Of a DNA stretch of 64,000 nt, positions 47,070-59,989 are shown one piece after another. A model generated the notes under the pieces. That model saw only the letters and a program-made list of their open reading frames with translations, was not told the DNA's origin and ran no database searches. Every line of letters begins with the position of its first letter. The first letter of the stretch is position 1. The stretch is from the human T2T-CHM13v2.0 reference genome, Homo sapiens. The translations under genes were made by a program, and so were the position numbers. Where the stretch lies: NCBI RefSeq assembly GCF_009914755.1, contig NC_060934.1, one strand, 5' to 3'.

Positions 47070-47773
47070 CATTTTGTTTCTCTACATTTTAGCATTACTG
47101 TATTTGGATTTTGAAACCCAGTATCCCATAGCAATGAGTGAGTGTCCACTCAAACTAAATGGAGCTCTTTCCTGCACCATGTTCCTGGCTTTAAAATCAA
47201 GATCAGACAAGGGTAATATCTCCTAAAAGATCCTATGGTTGTTCCAGAGAATCTCAAAACCCCCAACTGAGGAAACCCAGCTAGACAATGTCATGGCTAT
47301 TTGGTTTCATATAGAAAAAAGAAGGTGCGTTGAAATCATTCTCTTTGGAGCTTACTACATTGATGCCCCCTGTGGAGTTTTTACGTCAATGGCCACATGA
47401 ACTGCCCACCTCTTTACTGGGCTGCTCAATCCCAAACATCTTAATTCAGTCACAATGGTTTTTTGGGGCAGTGTAGCCAGGGGTGACCACAGAAATGGCC
47501 CGAGGGAGCAGAATAAAAAGAAAAGAGAGCCCACGGCAGTGTTAGTGCCAGTGAACTGGACAAAGGCCTTTACCCACACCTGCATGAGCCCTATGAGAAG
47601 GCCAGTGAAAAATCTGGCCAAGCAGGATCTGGATTTGGCCTCAGAAAGGGGCTCCCAAGAACCCCTGTTTTCTCTGGGGTACGGACAAAATGAATTTCAC
47701 TAGCACGTGGGCCCCTTAGTCCAAACCCACTGCCCTGCAGGAAGAGCCAGAAGGCACCCTGCTCCTGACTCAC

Positions 47774-47986
47774 CGTTGTGGACGATCAGCCTGTACTGCC
47801 TGGCCAGGCACAGCTCCTCCTGCCGCTGCCTTACAATCTTCTGCGCTTCTGGGGGCAGGCCGTTGGGGTCCCGGGAAAACACGAAGGAGTAGCTGTCAGC
47901 ACAGGTGCCATCGAGGTTCAGGAGGCGGCAGGAGTACTGCACGGCATACGTGTCGTAGTCTGTGTCGACGATCCAGTGGTCATCAT
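47774..47986 (-). CDS. RBP4: RBP4 exon 5
   Basis: ttgcag|AT encoding [42 protein letters not shown]...LIVHN, including the lipocalin TDY motif. Donor G|GTGAGT. 213 nt. Confidence 0.98.
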
Positions 47987-48792
47987 CTGCAAGCCAGAAA
48001 GCCACCATGCGGATCAATGCCTTTCCCTCATGGGCTCAGATGTCGGAGAAACTCACGACCAGGCCTGAGAACACAGTGACTTCCAGAAGCTGGTTTTATT
48101 TCTTTAGGAAGCAGGACACTTCAGAGAATTCTGACAACTTTTATAAAATTTGGCAAATCAGAAAGGATCTTGTTCTCCTTTATTGAAAAAAATCTTGGAG
48201 TCAGGGAAATCTCATTCACTTCAATCATCATCTGTCCCTGTGATTATGTCAGCATAATGTGACAGCATCTTTCCAAAGAACCACCAAGAATGTGGGCTCA
48301 TCAAAACCACAGAATAAACCGTTCTACTGTCGCTTCACCATCTACTCTCCAATAATATCTGTGTCTTTTGTGGCTAATATCTGATGGCCACCAACTTATG
48401 TTACCCCCAATATTGGCTTATGTCTTTCTCGATCTCTATCGCTGGTTCCTAATCAACTCACTGACCGGGCTGCCCCCCGCTCTCTCAGTCCTCTGGAGGA
48501 TGCCACGCCCATGGTCACGGCTTCTCTGGCTCCATCCTAATTCTGCTTATTAATGCTACTCACTTCTTTGTGCCGGCAAAGAGTAGGTTTTGCCTTGAGG
48601 ACACAAGAGGCCCACCATCTGGCATCAGATATTCCTTCTCAGACCTTGTCCTCTTCACAACTCACAGAGGCAGAGCTGAGCCACTGAATTTAGATTATAT
48701 GTATTCCTCAAGGCTGAAATGTAAGCCATGAAGAATAAGAGTAAATGAAAGTGGTAAAAATATCAACGAAGGCAGGAGAGGAAAGAATGTTA

Positions 48793-49113
<321 letters not shown>

Positions 49114-50989
49114 AGAATGTATGTGAGCGATTTGCCACAGAGAAAGAACAGTGTCACCCTGTATTGAGATAAAAGTGCCACATCTCTACTTAATTTAACC
49201 TTCTTGTTGACACAATACCATGATTGGGACTTTCTGAGCACTTAATTATGTGCCAGTCACTGTATGGACACTCCCATTTGTTTTCTCGGTTACCTCTCAC
49301 ATTGATCCAAAACTGCACACTATCATCCTCTACTTTACAGGTGAGGAAACTGAGGCACAGAGATACTTAATAATTCACCTAGGGTCACAAAGAGCAGGGC
49401 AGAACTGGGATTCAAGCAAGGGAGTGTGATCCCAGAGCCCACATGCTTCACCTCTACACCACACTGTCTCCAGACAATCAGTACACTGACGGGAGAGGGG
49501 CAAGAAACAAAAAGGCTTTGTGTCTCCATCTCAGGCTCAGGTGTTGGAGCAAGGGGTGATGCTCCCTCTGCAGTGTTCCAGTTGGAGAAGCACAGAGGGA
49601 ACTGGATCCCCCAGCGTTAGAGGGTGTAAGGCCACCTGGAATGCTGGTCCTAAGTTGCCTCTGGGTGTGCCTCTCTGAGAACCCCTGGAGTGCCAGCCTA
49701 GGATGGGGTTCAGCCCAAACCCAGGCTCTGCAGGGGGGCTGTCACAGGAGTGGGTGTGGAGCCCCTCTCTTCAACTCACCCTAGGCCTGCCAGGAGAATG
49801 AGCCACTCCTATGCCTTGAGGCTGTTCCAGGGTAACAGTGTCAGAGGTGGGGCTGAGGAGATGTTCCAGAACCATGACTGCTCAGCAGGAACCATAAAGT
49901 TATTCAGCAGAAAGGCTGGGAACAGAAGCCACAGGGCTGCCTCCTGGGCCTCACCCTAACCACTGACTCCCCTCACAGGCTCCAGAGTATCTGGGTGGTC
50001 TTCCTCATCCTTGGATGAAGTCATTCTTTCCCTGGTTACGAGGATCACAGTGTCTGTCACAGGCACCCTCAGACACAAAAACACTTGCCTTTGAAATGTT
50101 ACCTCGACTCATGATCCAGGCAGCTATTAGCTTGGCCGATCGGCAGCTTAACTTTTTTTTTTTTTTTTTCCTCCAAAATGGTCGCCATCATTTAAATTTT
50201 GACAGAGGAATTAAGTAACTTTCAATACTTGGATTTAGTAAAATTGGCTACTGTTCTTGACTTTAAAAGAAGGCCTAAGTTGGTTTGGTTAATCTCCAGG
50301 CTCTTTTGGCTGAATAATTCAAAGATGAGGAATTTAAATCATAGTGACCTTGACCAGGCTCTCCCTTTTAAGAGTATTTGCAAGAGATGAACTGCCAGAG
50401 CACTGCGAGAATGAGGTTGGTTCTCTAACCTCCTCACACCCGGCAGCTGGGCAGGGCTCCTCTGGAGAACCAGACACCCCCAGCCATTTCCAGACTCCAG
50501 CTAACCGCATGCAGTGGAGCTAGGGACAGAGAGCGTTGGAGGCAGTGGCTGTGTGGCTGGGAGCCCCTGCCTCCCCTCTACCATCCTAGGAAGTGGGGTC
50601 ATGCTGCAGCTGTGTGTATACTGTACCTACACAGACTGGTTTAGCGGTTTGGACTGCCAGTCCCAAAACCAAAGAAAATGCTTGGTAGAGGGCGCTGTCT
50701 CAGGCAACCTGGTTCCATTGGTCTGTTCTGTTGCTCACTGCTGTGGGCCTGGCATGTGTCCTTTCAGCTCCCTAAACCTGCATGCTCCAATCATCTAAAG
50801 CAGCAAGACCAGGTGGGAAGCTCCCTGTGGTTCTCAGGCCTAACAGTCCAGCTGAGCCAGCCAGGCAACAGATTTAATGCTATTTCTGATGCATTGTCAA
50901 AATACCCCAACAGGCCCCAGAAAAGTGAGTGGAGTCTGAGGCCTTGATACCTGAGTAAGCCAAGCTCTTCAGATTGAATTATCTAGACC

Positions 50990-51185
50990 AGTGGTTCTCA
51001 AACTTCATTGTGCAGAAACAGCATACCCAAGGAGCATACTTAAAATGCAGATTCCAGGGCCGTGCCCTTAGAATTTCTGACTCCATAATTCTGGGTTTGA
51101 GTCCAGAAATGTGCATTTGTTAACAAGCACCCTAGTGTATTTAGATATAGATGGAGCAGGAACCCTGACTTTGACCAACACTAAT
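50990..51185. mobile_element. MER5-type hAT-Charlie element
   Basis: cagtggttctcaaactt...taaaatgcagattccaggg...tgcatt...aacaagcaccc. Confidence 0.75.
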
Positions 51186-52918
51186 GTAAACATTCAGGCT
51201 TGCATTGTTATTCAGTCTGACAAGGGCCCCTTTACTAGCAGAGTGACAGACTTCATCTGACAGAAGGACACAAGGAGAGTCTTTGTCCAGGTCTTTCTAC
51301 AAGAGCACAAAACAATGATGATATAACTAATATTTATTGAGCACTTACTATGCACTAGGCTAAGCATTTTCACAAATTACCTTAATTAGTCCTTCCAATG
51401 ATTCTATGAAATAGAAACTATTCTTTATCCCCATTTCATAGTGAAGGAAGTCAAATCTCAGGGAGGCTAGCCTGTATTCAACCAAGACCTGCTGATGGTA
51501 GTATCCTCAACCCCTGAGACATCCTGCTTGCTGCTGGTGGAGCCAGAAGGGAAGACCAGTATGGAGCATGCCCAAGGCTGGAGCAGCAAGCCACATCAGT
51601 CTGTTAACACTGACATTCAACTGTAGAGATTGATCACATTTAATTTTAAAATAATTCGACAACAAATTTCATGATCGCTTGGCCCTGAGTTACTTTCTCT
51701 CCATAAGCGCACCTCATTTTAAACACATCCGTTTGGTGAGATGCAGTGTGTGGAGCAGGGGAGAGGCTGAGGATGCAGCCCACTCTTGGAGTGGCCTTCA
51801 AATCCCTCTGTCCAAGTCAGTGTTTAAAGCAAGACCATGGTCAGGGAAGAAACTGGCACGAGGAATGAAAGTAGAGTTTGTTAAGATGACCCCAAAACAA
51901 GCATGTAAAACAGAACAAGGTAGGTGCATCAAGCCATGCCATTTGCGAGATACTCAGAAAACAAAGGCATTGTTTGTGCCTTTTTACAAGCCATGGGTTA
52001 AGAGGTGTCACTAAGTGCCAAAAATTCACCCTGTGCCCCTAGGCCAGTCACTTCTCTATGGGCCCCAGTTTCTTCACTTCTAAAACAAGAGACTTGAACC
52101 CAGTGGTCTCCGTGGGTCCTCCCATTCTAGACCCAGAATCTAAAGCTATGATTTCACGACCAGGGAGATAACTAAGCAGCCATCATATCAAACACTTACA
52201 AAGAACTCATGTCTCAGGCACTGTTCTGAGTGCTTTCTGCCTGTTGACTCATTGCATCTTGTAACACAACTCTATGAGGTAGGTTCTATGATCGTTTCAC
52301 TTTGCAGATGACGAAATAGGCACAGAGAAGTGAAGGAACATATCTAAGGTTCCACAAGTAGTGGTGGAGTTGGGATTTGAACTTAGGAGGTCTAATTTTA
52401 ACCGGGCGGGCTTAACTACAACACTGCACAGCTTCTTTTTTGAAATGTAACCTAAGAAGGAATTTATCCTTAAGCCTTCCATATTATAGTCATCTCACTT
52501 AATATCTATAGCAATCACTTTCAAGATGGCAGTACTTTTTCGCCCTCCAAATGAAATCCTGATAAAATACCAATATACAAGAGACAAAAGCAAACTAATC
52601 TGGTTTGATAGGGGGAGGAGGCAAGAAACAAAATGCTCCCTTCTCACTGGGTCCTCTCTGACCCTGTGCCTAAAGGCATTGCCAACAGAATCCTAGTCCA
52701 TTAAGGAGCACATCTCAAAATGCTATAGAACATATGTGTTTCCTCTTTCTAAAAATTAGTAATCTTGTACCTCTGGTATTGATTTTTGTAATCCATTATC
52801 AGAAAAGTATATTTTACTCTAAATAAATCACTTTGGGATGTTTTGCTGCACTATTTGAAATAATTTTTATTATTTCCAAGGATAATAAATAAAAATAAAG
52901 CTTCTAAGCTTTTTCTCT

Positions 52919-53240
<322 letters not shown>

Positions 53241-54343
53241 ATTTAAAAATGCAATTTCATCCAACACACAACTTTAGAGGAAGTCCAAGAGGGTGGTGTG
53301 CCATATATGGAGAGCAAAGGGTTACAATAAAGGACACTTCTACCCTGGATCACCGAGCAGAGAGAGTCTCCCTGAACAACCCTTGGTCCTATCTCACAGA
53401 AGAGCTCAAACAATACTTTGCAAAAGCTGGTCTGGATTAGGAGTCCCTGCAGTTCAGGGCCACCTGATCCTGGCCTGAGATTTGGAAGCCTGGCTTCTGA
53501 CATTGGCTCTAACAAACTTGTTGCATGTCCTTGGGCAAAGTTCTCTTGGCCTCAGTTTATTCATCTACATATTGAACCCCCTCCAAAAGGTTAACTCTCC
53601 CTCTCTAAGATTCCATGATATGTGTCCCCTGGCCTGCATTATTCTCTAGCTACCAAGTAGATTCCTGATTTGAAACTTAGGATAAATTGGGAAAAAAATG
53701 GGAAAAAGAGCATGTAGACACTGTTTTCTCATGATTAGGCCAAATTTTAGGATGTTCTTCTACAAGTCCTCAACATCACTCCCCTCCACATCTGATTTTC
53801 ACAGCTTAGTGGAAAGGGAAGAGGCCACAGCCACAGCACACTGTGCCTGGCTCAGAATCTCAGCATCAGCAGGCCAGGCACTTGGGAGGCATCCACCCCT
53901 ATGCACAGTGTTCCCTCCGTCCTTGGATAGGGCTCTCTCGGCCTCTGTGGGAGCCCCAGATAGTCAAGCTGTCTCAGGGATTCAGCCCAAAGAGACGGAG
54001 GAAATGCAGAGCTAGGTGGAGTGGTGATGTGAAAGACAGGAGGAGAAAGCATGGAGAAGGCACACACCTTGGCACAGTGGCTGGTGGGGAAAATGACACC
54101 TGACAAACCGAAAGGTCCTTTTGAGCTTAGGCCAGGTTTCTTGAGCTGAGGTTTGGGGAGGGGGTAGGTAGCTGCTCCCAATCTTGTTCCCCTAACCTCA
54201 GGTGGTGCTGCGGGTTCCTGCCACTTCCAGACCTTTCCGCAGGCCATTCTTCCTAAGGGTAGGTACCTCTGGAGAAGAAACCCAGCGATTTGGCCCGGTA
54301 GGCGCCCCATTCCCAAGACAGTCCCACAGAGCTGACTACTCAC

Positions 54344-54450
54344 TTCCTTTCTGGAGAAAGGAGGCTACGCCCCAGTACTTCATCTTGAACTTGGCAGGGT
54401 CCTCGGTGTCTGTGAAGGTGCCCACCATGTCTGCGCACACGTCCCAGTTA
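54344..54450 (-). CDS. RBP4: RBP4 exon 4
   Basis: ttttgcag|T AAC TGG encoding [35 protein letters not shown]. Donor A|GTGAGT. 107 nt. Confidence 0.97.
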
Positions 54451-54617
54451 CTGCAAAAGCCAAGGGGATCCTCAGCCAAGCCGGGCAAAGGGCTTCCTCC
54501 CTCCCTCCACCCATTCGGTGCTCCCTTCCCTTCACAATGCCCACGTGGCGATCAGCAGGCAGGGCCCTTGGGGAACCCTGGAGCGCAAAGGGCGCAGCTG
54601 CCCCGGCGGCCACTGAC

Positions 54618-54754
54618 TTCAAAAGACGGACTCGGCCCTTGGCTGTGGCGCTCATCTGGCCGGTCTCGTCCACGGAGAACTCCGCGACGATGTTGTCCTG
54701 CAGAAAGAGGCCCTCGGGGTCCTTCTTGGCCATGGCGTACCAGGTCCCAGAGAA
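54618..54754 (-). CDS. RBP4: RBP4 exon 3
   Basis: cag|TTC encoding [45 protein letters not shown], including the lipocalin GxW motif. Donor AA|GTCAGT. 137 nt. Confidence 0.98.
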
Positions 54755-54868
54755 CTGTGAGAAGGATGACAGCAGGGGTTTGGCGTCCGGGGGCGCACGG
54801 CGGGCCGCGGGGAGGGCGGGGATGGGGTGGGGACCTGGGCCGCTTGGGCCCCCTGGGCCGATACCTAC

Positions 54869-54979
54869 GCGAGCCTTGTCGAAGTTCTCCTTGACTCGGA
54901 AGCTGCTCACTCGGCAGTCGCGCTCCGCGCGGCCGCTGCCCAGCGCCGCCAACAGCAAGAGCGCCCACACCCACTTCAT
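54869..54979 (-). CDS. RBP4: RBP4 coding part of exon 2 (signal peptide and mature N-terminus, aa 1-37; exon begins at 54997)
   Basis: [37 protein letters not shown]. Acceptor ctcccgcag|GGCGGAT at 54997. Donor CGC|GTAGGT. 111 nt. Confidence 0.98.
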
Positions 54980-55121
54980 CTTGCCCAGGAATCCGCCCTG
55001 CGGGAGACGCGCCTCCGTCAGTGCCCGGCAGCCGACCCCCGCCGCCGTATCCCACCTCACCCCACCCCACCCCACCCCGGCCCATCCCGCCGCCGGCCCC
55101 GAGGCCCCGGCCGCGACTCAC

Positions 55122-55188
55122 CACCGGGAGGGGAACCGCGCGCAAGCCTGGCCGCCGCGTCCGGGCGCGCGTGGAGCGAGGGAGGCGA
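55122..55188 (-). other. RBP4: RBP4 non-coding exon 1
   Basis: Starts ~25 nt downstream of the TATA box. Donor GGTG|GTGAGT at 55122/55121. Splices to the acceptor at 54997. TSS approximate. Confidence 0.85.
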
Positions 55189-55211
55189 GCGCGCCGCGGC
55201 CGCCCCGCTGC

Positions 55212-55217
55212 TTTATA
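55212..55217 (-). promoter_or_regulatory. RBP4: RBP4 TATA box (TATAAA) within a CpG island (~54560-55620)
   Basis: Plus-strand tttata reads TATAAA on the minus strand, at the expected distance from exon 1. Confidence 0.88.
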
Positions 55218-55240
55218 GCGCCGGGGGGAGGGGGTCGCGC

Positions 55241-55298
55241 TTTCGTAACCGCGCGGGGTGAAAGACCGAAGGGGAGGCGCCGGGGGCACTTGCATAAC
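55241..55298 (-). promoter_or_regulatory. RBP4: C/EBP- or PAR-bZIP-like sites in the RBP4 proximal promoter
   Basis: GTTACGAAA (55241-55249) and GTTATGCAA (55290-55298) on the minus strand resemble the TTRCNNAA/TTAYGYAA consensus. Motif match only. Confidence 0.5.
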
Positions 55299-55787
55299 GC
55301 GCCCTGACTCACCGGAGCCCGGGCACGGGCAGGGTCCCTGTGGGCCGGCCTCACCTCCAGGACAGCCTCGGGCACAGTGGAGCGGCCGCGCGGGGTGGCC
55401 TCGGCCAGGCCAAATGCGCCAGCGGCCCTGGCTCAGTTACCCTGCACTCGTGCCAGCGGCCGCCAGCTGCGGTCTAGGGTGGCCTCCGGGGCCAGTGGCT
55501 CTGGCAGGAGGCTCGAGTCAACCTGGCGGGAAGACCGTGGCCTCACAGAGCGAGAGCGGACCCGCGAGGCTCCCTGGTGCGTGAGTGCCCAGGCCCTGGC
55601 CATGCCAAATTGGCGCCTCCGTCTGCCTTCTGAGGTCCACTTGTGCAGGAATTTTGGAATAATTCATCCAAGTAGTTTTTCATTTTATAAAGGATGTATT
55701 TTACTCTCTTTCAGGAGCGTTGTGGTGCCCTCTGGTCAATATTTGTTCTTTAGTTTCAACATCTTTAAAAGCGTTAAAACCTTCCCT

Positions 55788-55800
55788 GTTAAATATTCTC
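55788..55800. promoter_or_regulatory. RBP4: HNF1-like site ~0.8 kb upstream of the RBP4 ATG
   Basis: GTTAAATATTCTC versus consensus GTTAATNATTAAC. Lies next to position -803 from the ATG (~55782), where a regulatory promoter SNP is known. Confidence 0.55.
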
Positions 55801-58800
55801 CAGAAACGCAACCCTGGTCAGGACAGGAAATATTTTAGCAGCCTCGGTGGTCGCCTGCTTACTCCGTGGCACTTCCCTGAAACCACTTTGAAAAACACCT
55901 ACCGATTGTTTATGATGCAATTTTATTTCAAACCCATGTTGGAATTTTCATTTATTTTCAAAACAGCTAAGGTCGGTTGTTTTGTTGGCTGGGGAGTAGA
56001 CAAAGGAGAGAAGAGTAAACAACATTCTATAACTTCAGTAGCCAATTGAATCAAAACAGTGTGACTAGTTTAGGTATTTTCCTGTGTGATGGCACAATTT
56101 ACTGACCCTGTTTTTCTCTTTCTGTTCGAAGTTAGAGTTCCACTCGTTTGATCAAAGCAGCCAATCAAAGGATGAGAATGACGGAATGAGAATTCATGAT
56201 GTGGCAAAGAAGTATCTCTTCTTGAGATTCTTTCCATACAATATCGATTGTGTCTCCATGGCCTAAATTGGAAAGATTCGAGATCAATTTGGGCCATTTT
56301 GCTGCAGCCCGACCTGAAATAAGAGGAGATCGGGGAAGAGGAAGGTGGCTGCCAAACAGAAATAAGGAGTTGATTGGTTCTCAGACCAATCCTTTATCTA
56401 TAGGGCATTAGGGCTAATTCTGAGCATCCTGAAAAGATGACATCTGTGGCTTCCTTCCCCCCTGCTTCTCCATCTTTTTCCCACCTTCCCCTTCACTCTT
56501 GCACCCATTTGAGTCCCAGCAGTGTCTGGGGAGCCAACGGTGATGCATTTAACTCCTAACCGCCGCAGAGCTAGGAAAGCCTGTTTCTGGACAACAAGCT
56601 GACTAGGAAATCTTCTGATTGGGCCAGTTTTATAGAAGACTGTGTAATCCCAAACAGCTCAAATAAGTTCTGCTTCAGATCGTCTCCTGCAGGACCCTAT
56701 GGGGTATATATCTATGCACCCTGGGTGGGAAAGGATTTTAGGGCACCTCTCTATCTCCTGCCCAATACTTGGATCCCCTCTTCGGCATTCCAGAGGAGAG
56801 GTCTTCCAGTTTTTGCTCCAGGTTCTTTAGTGATAGAGAGCTCCTAGCTTAGCCCAGTTGCCTTTGGACAGTTATTCCTGCCAGAAACGTTCTCCTAATA
56901 CCCCCTGGCCTTGCAGCCATTTCTCCTAGAACACATTCTGGTGGCCCTTGCACACACTGTAGGTTGAATAATGAAGGGTATTTCAGTTCATTTCGATGAT
57001 GGTTTTGATGCAGCAACAAGTTTTCATTTATTTGTTGGGTGTTTAAAGGTTGTTTCAGAGTAAAAATTTGAGGTGAAAAAAGAAAAAAGAAAGTTGGTGT
57101 AACCATTCCTCTGCCCCTCCTCTTTTAATGATAAATCATGGACCTTAGTGCTCCAGATACCAGCAGAGGAAAACAGTTTACTTTGGCATTCTTTCTAGGA
57201 TTTCTTCATGATTACAAATAAGTTAATTCAGGTCAACTGATGTTCTTAACTTCAGTACTTTGGAAAAAATCCTCATACATTAACTTTTCAAATATGTGTA
57301 TATGTAAAGTCAAAAGGAAAAATGTTCATAGTGAATATCTCTGTGAGATAGGATTAGGGACGCTGAAAGATTTTTTCTTTGCGCCTTTTTGTATTTTTAA
57401 AATTTTCTATGATGAAAACGTGAATCAGAAAATAAAGCAAATATTTCCTTTACAAATATTTTTCTTGCTCCTTTTCCTGTAGGTAAAATTATGTTTTAAA
57501 TTACATCTTATAGATCGTATATAATGTACACAAAATTTCATTCATTTCCTTGCCATGCTTCATGGAGAGACAGACCATGTTTCTTTCATTCATCTTTGTA
57601 CCTGTCCCCATTCTCCCCACTTTTCCACTGGGTATATCAAGAGACTTGTTCATAGTAGGTGCTTAATCAATAGATATAATTTCTTTTACTGAAATTAGTC
57701 ACTCTATGCAAACTCCATAAAACATTTATTTTTAAAGACCTGTTCAGAGTTCACCCTTTCTAATATATAATTCCTCAGGATTTAGTACTTGTAGCACAGG
57801 TGGCTACTTGGCCTTTCACCAGAAAATTTGCAGTCCCCTTCCATGTTGTAAAGTTGGGGACTACCAGTCTGCCAGCCCCTGCCTTCCCCGTCCCCACTTC
57901 CCGAAGCTCTGTAAGGCCACGAGCCTTCTGGCCAGCGGAAGGGGCTGTGTCACTCCCAGGCAGAGCTCAGAAAAGCTGCCCGTTCAATTGTTCACATCCT
58001 CTCTTTTCTTCTCTTATCTGCCAGGGTCCCCACTGGTGACTGACTTTATGTGAATGAGAGATGAGCTTCCACTGGATGAAGCTACTGAGATTTGAGAGGT
58101 TACCTGTAACAGAAGTTGCTGTTACCTTAACCTTCACAGCATCAAACACATCACTAACTCCTAAAAAAGACTGAAAAGGGTTTTACCATAACTCACAGAA
58201 CTAATGCAAGACATTTGTGTCCTTACCCTCATGAAAATTAAGCACTAGCAACCAGCTCCATTTTATACAAAGTAACATTTATACCCACATCTGGACCGAG
58301 GCCAAGAAAAATGAAAAACAAGGAAGTGGAGCAGCATTTATCTTCTGACTGCATTTAAAAGATGTCAAAATAATTGGTTGAAAAATGGAAAGGTTAGTCA
58401 GTCCATGTTTTCAGGTACAAAGAGATAAATTAATTTTTTCAATACGGTGTTCTCAGTGGTTGCAGTCATCAGACCATCACATCAATTTGGATAAAAATAA
58501 TATGGTTTTCACCAACCAAATTGTCTCTGAGATACCTGGTTATACCCCCAATTAAGTGCAGGCACAGGGCTTTCATGAGAGCAAATGTGCAGATGGAAGG
58601 GTCCTGTGCAGTTGGCTGCCAGATGTGCCTGAAATTCCTACCTACAGGGGGTCCTTTCCATGATGGGTAATTATAGGAACAGATAATCTGGCTAAGGTGG
58701 AACTGAAGAGTGGGTTCAGTATATAATAATGTGAAATACACTTAATTAGCCCAGGATATTGTTGATTTCTGTGTTGGTGCTTCTACCTCGTAGGCATATG

Positions 58801-59280
58801 TTTTGGCTATTGTATAAGCATAACTTCCTGTAGAAGTCATTAACTGCAGCAAAAAAATTTAACAATGATGGAATTAGAAATTACGCGTGCTCATTTATGT
58901 AGAGTACTACTGAAAACTTGTTTAAGCAGAAAGTTTAAGGAAGTTAAATCATTCTTTGTGGATTTTTAAAAAGATTGTCTGGAATTTTTATTTCACTCTT
59001 GTATTAGTATTTAACATTTTATGATATTTGTCTAGATTTCAAAATCTTCAAAGAAAGAGTCTTTGTATATCTCCCTCTAGCATCAAGTACGAAGTCTAGT
59101 TCACCTCATGTGCACATTTTTTAATTGAGCCATATTTAAACTGGTAGTTTTAGAGTAGGTTACTATCACTTGCTGGCTATGACCTTGGGCAAGCTAACTT
59201 AATTTCTGTGTGCCTCAGTTTCTCACCTGTAAAATGATAATGGTACCTACCTTATAAGATTGTAAAAATTAAATGAGATA

Positions 59281-59575
<295 letters not shown>

Positions 59576-59989
59576 AAAAATTAAATAAGATAATATATGT
59601 AAGGATCTTAGGAGGGTACCTGTCACAGAGTATATATTTTGTATGTTATCTATTCTTATTATCCTTTTATTATTACCAGGTGGTTTACATTTCTTAAAAA
59701 AATTCTATGTAAATGCAGTGGAGTTTTCACATTGACTTAGTTATCATTTCAGAGTTTATCTAAATAAATTTGTCATTAAAAAATATTAGCACCTAAGATT
59801 TTGACTTTTTCCTTCATTTTCTCCATCAGTTAATATTCTATCCAAAAAAAACAAACAACAAATCTATGCTTTGAATGAAACAGAAGCACTGAGGTAAAAA
59901 TTAAACAGTGAAGTCAACATTTTGTCATGTTAAAAATTTATTCTAAGTGATCTGTTTGGTAAGTTTAAATTTTAAGATATGTCATTTTC

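Noticed and set aside
54202-55838. Several 140-256 aa overlapping ORFs over the RBP4 5' region
   Set aside because: Explained by stop-codon scarcity in the CpG island. Only the spliced RBP4 frame is supported. The 231-aa ORF is exons 2-3 joined through an in-frame intron.
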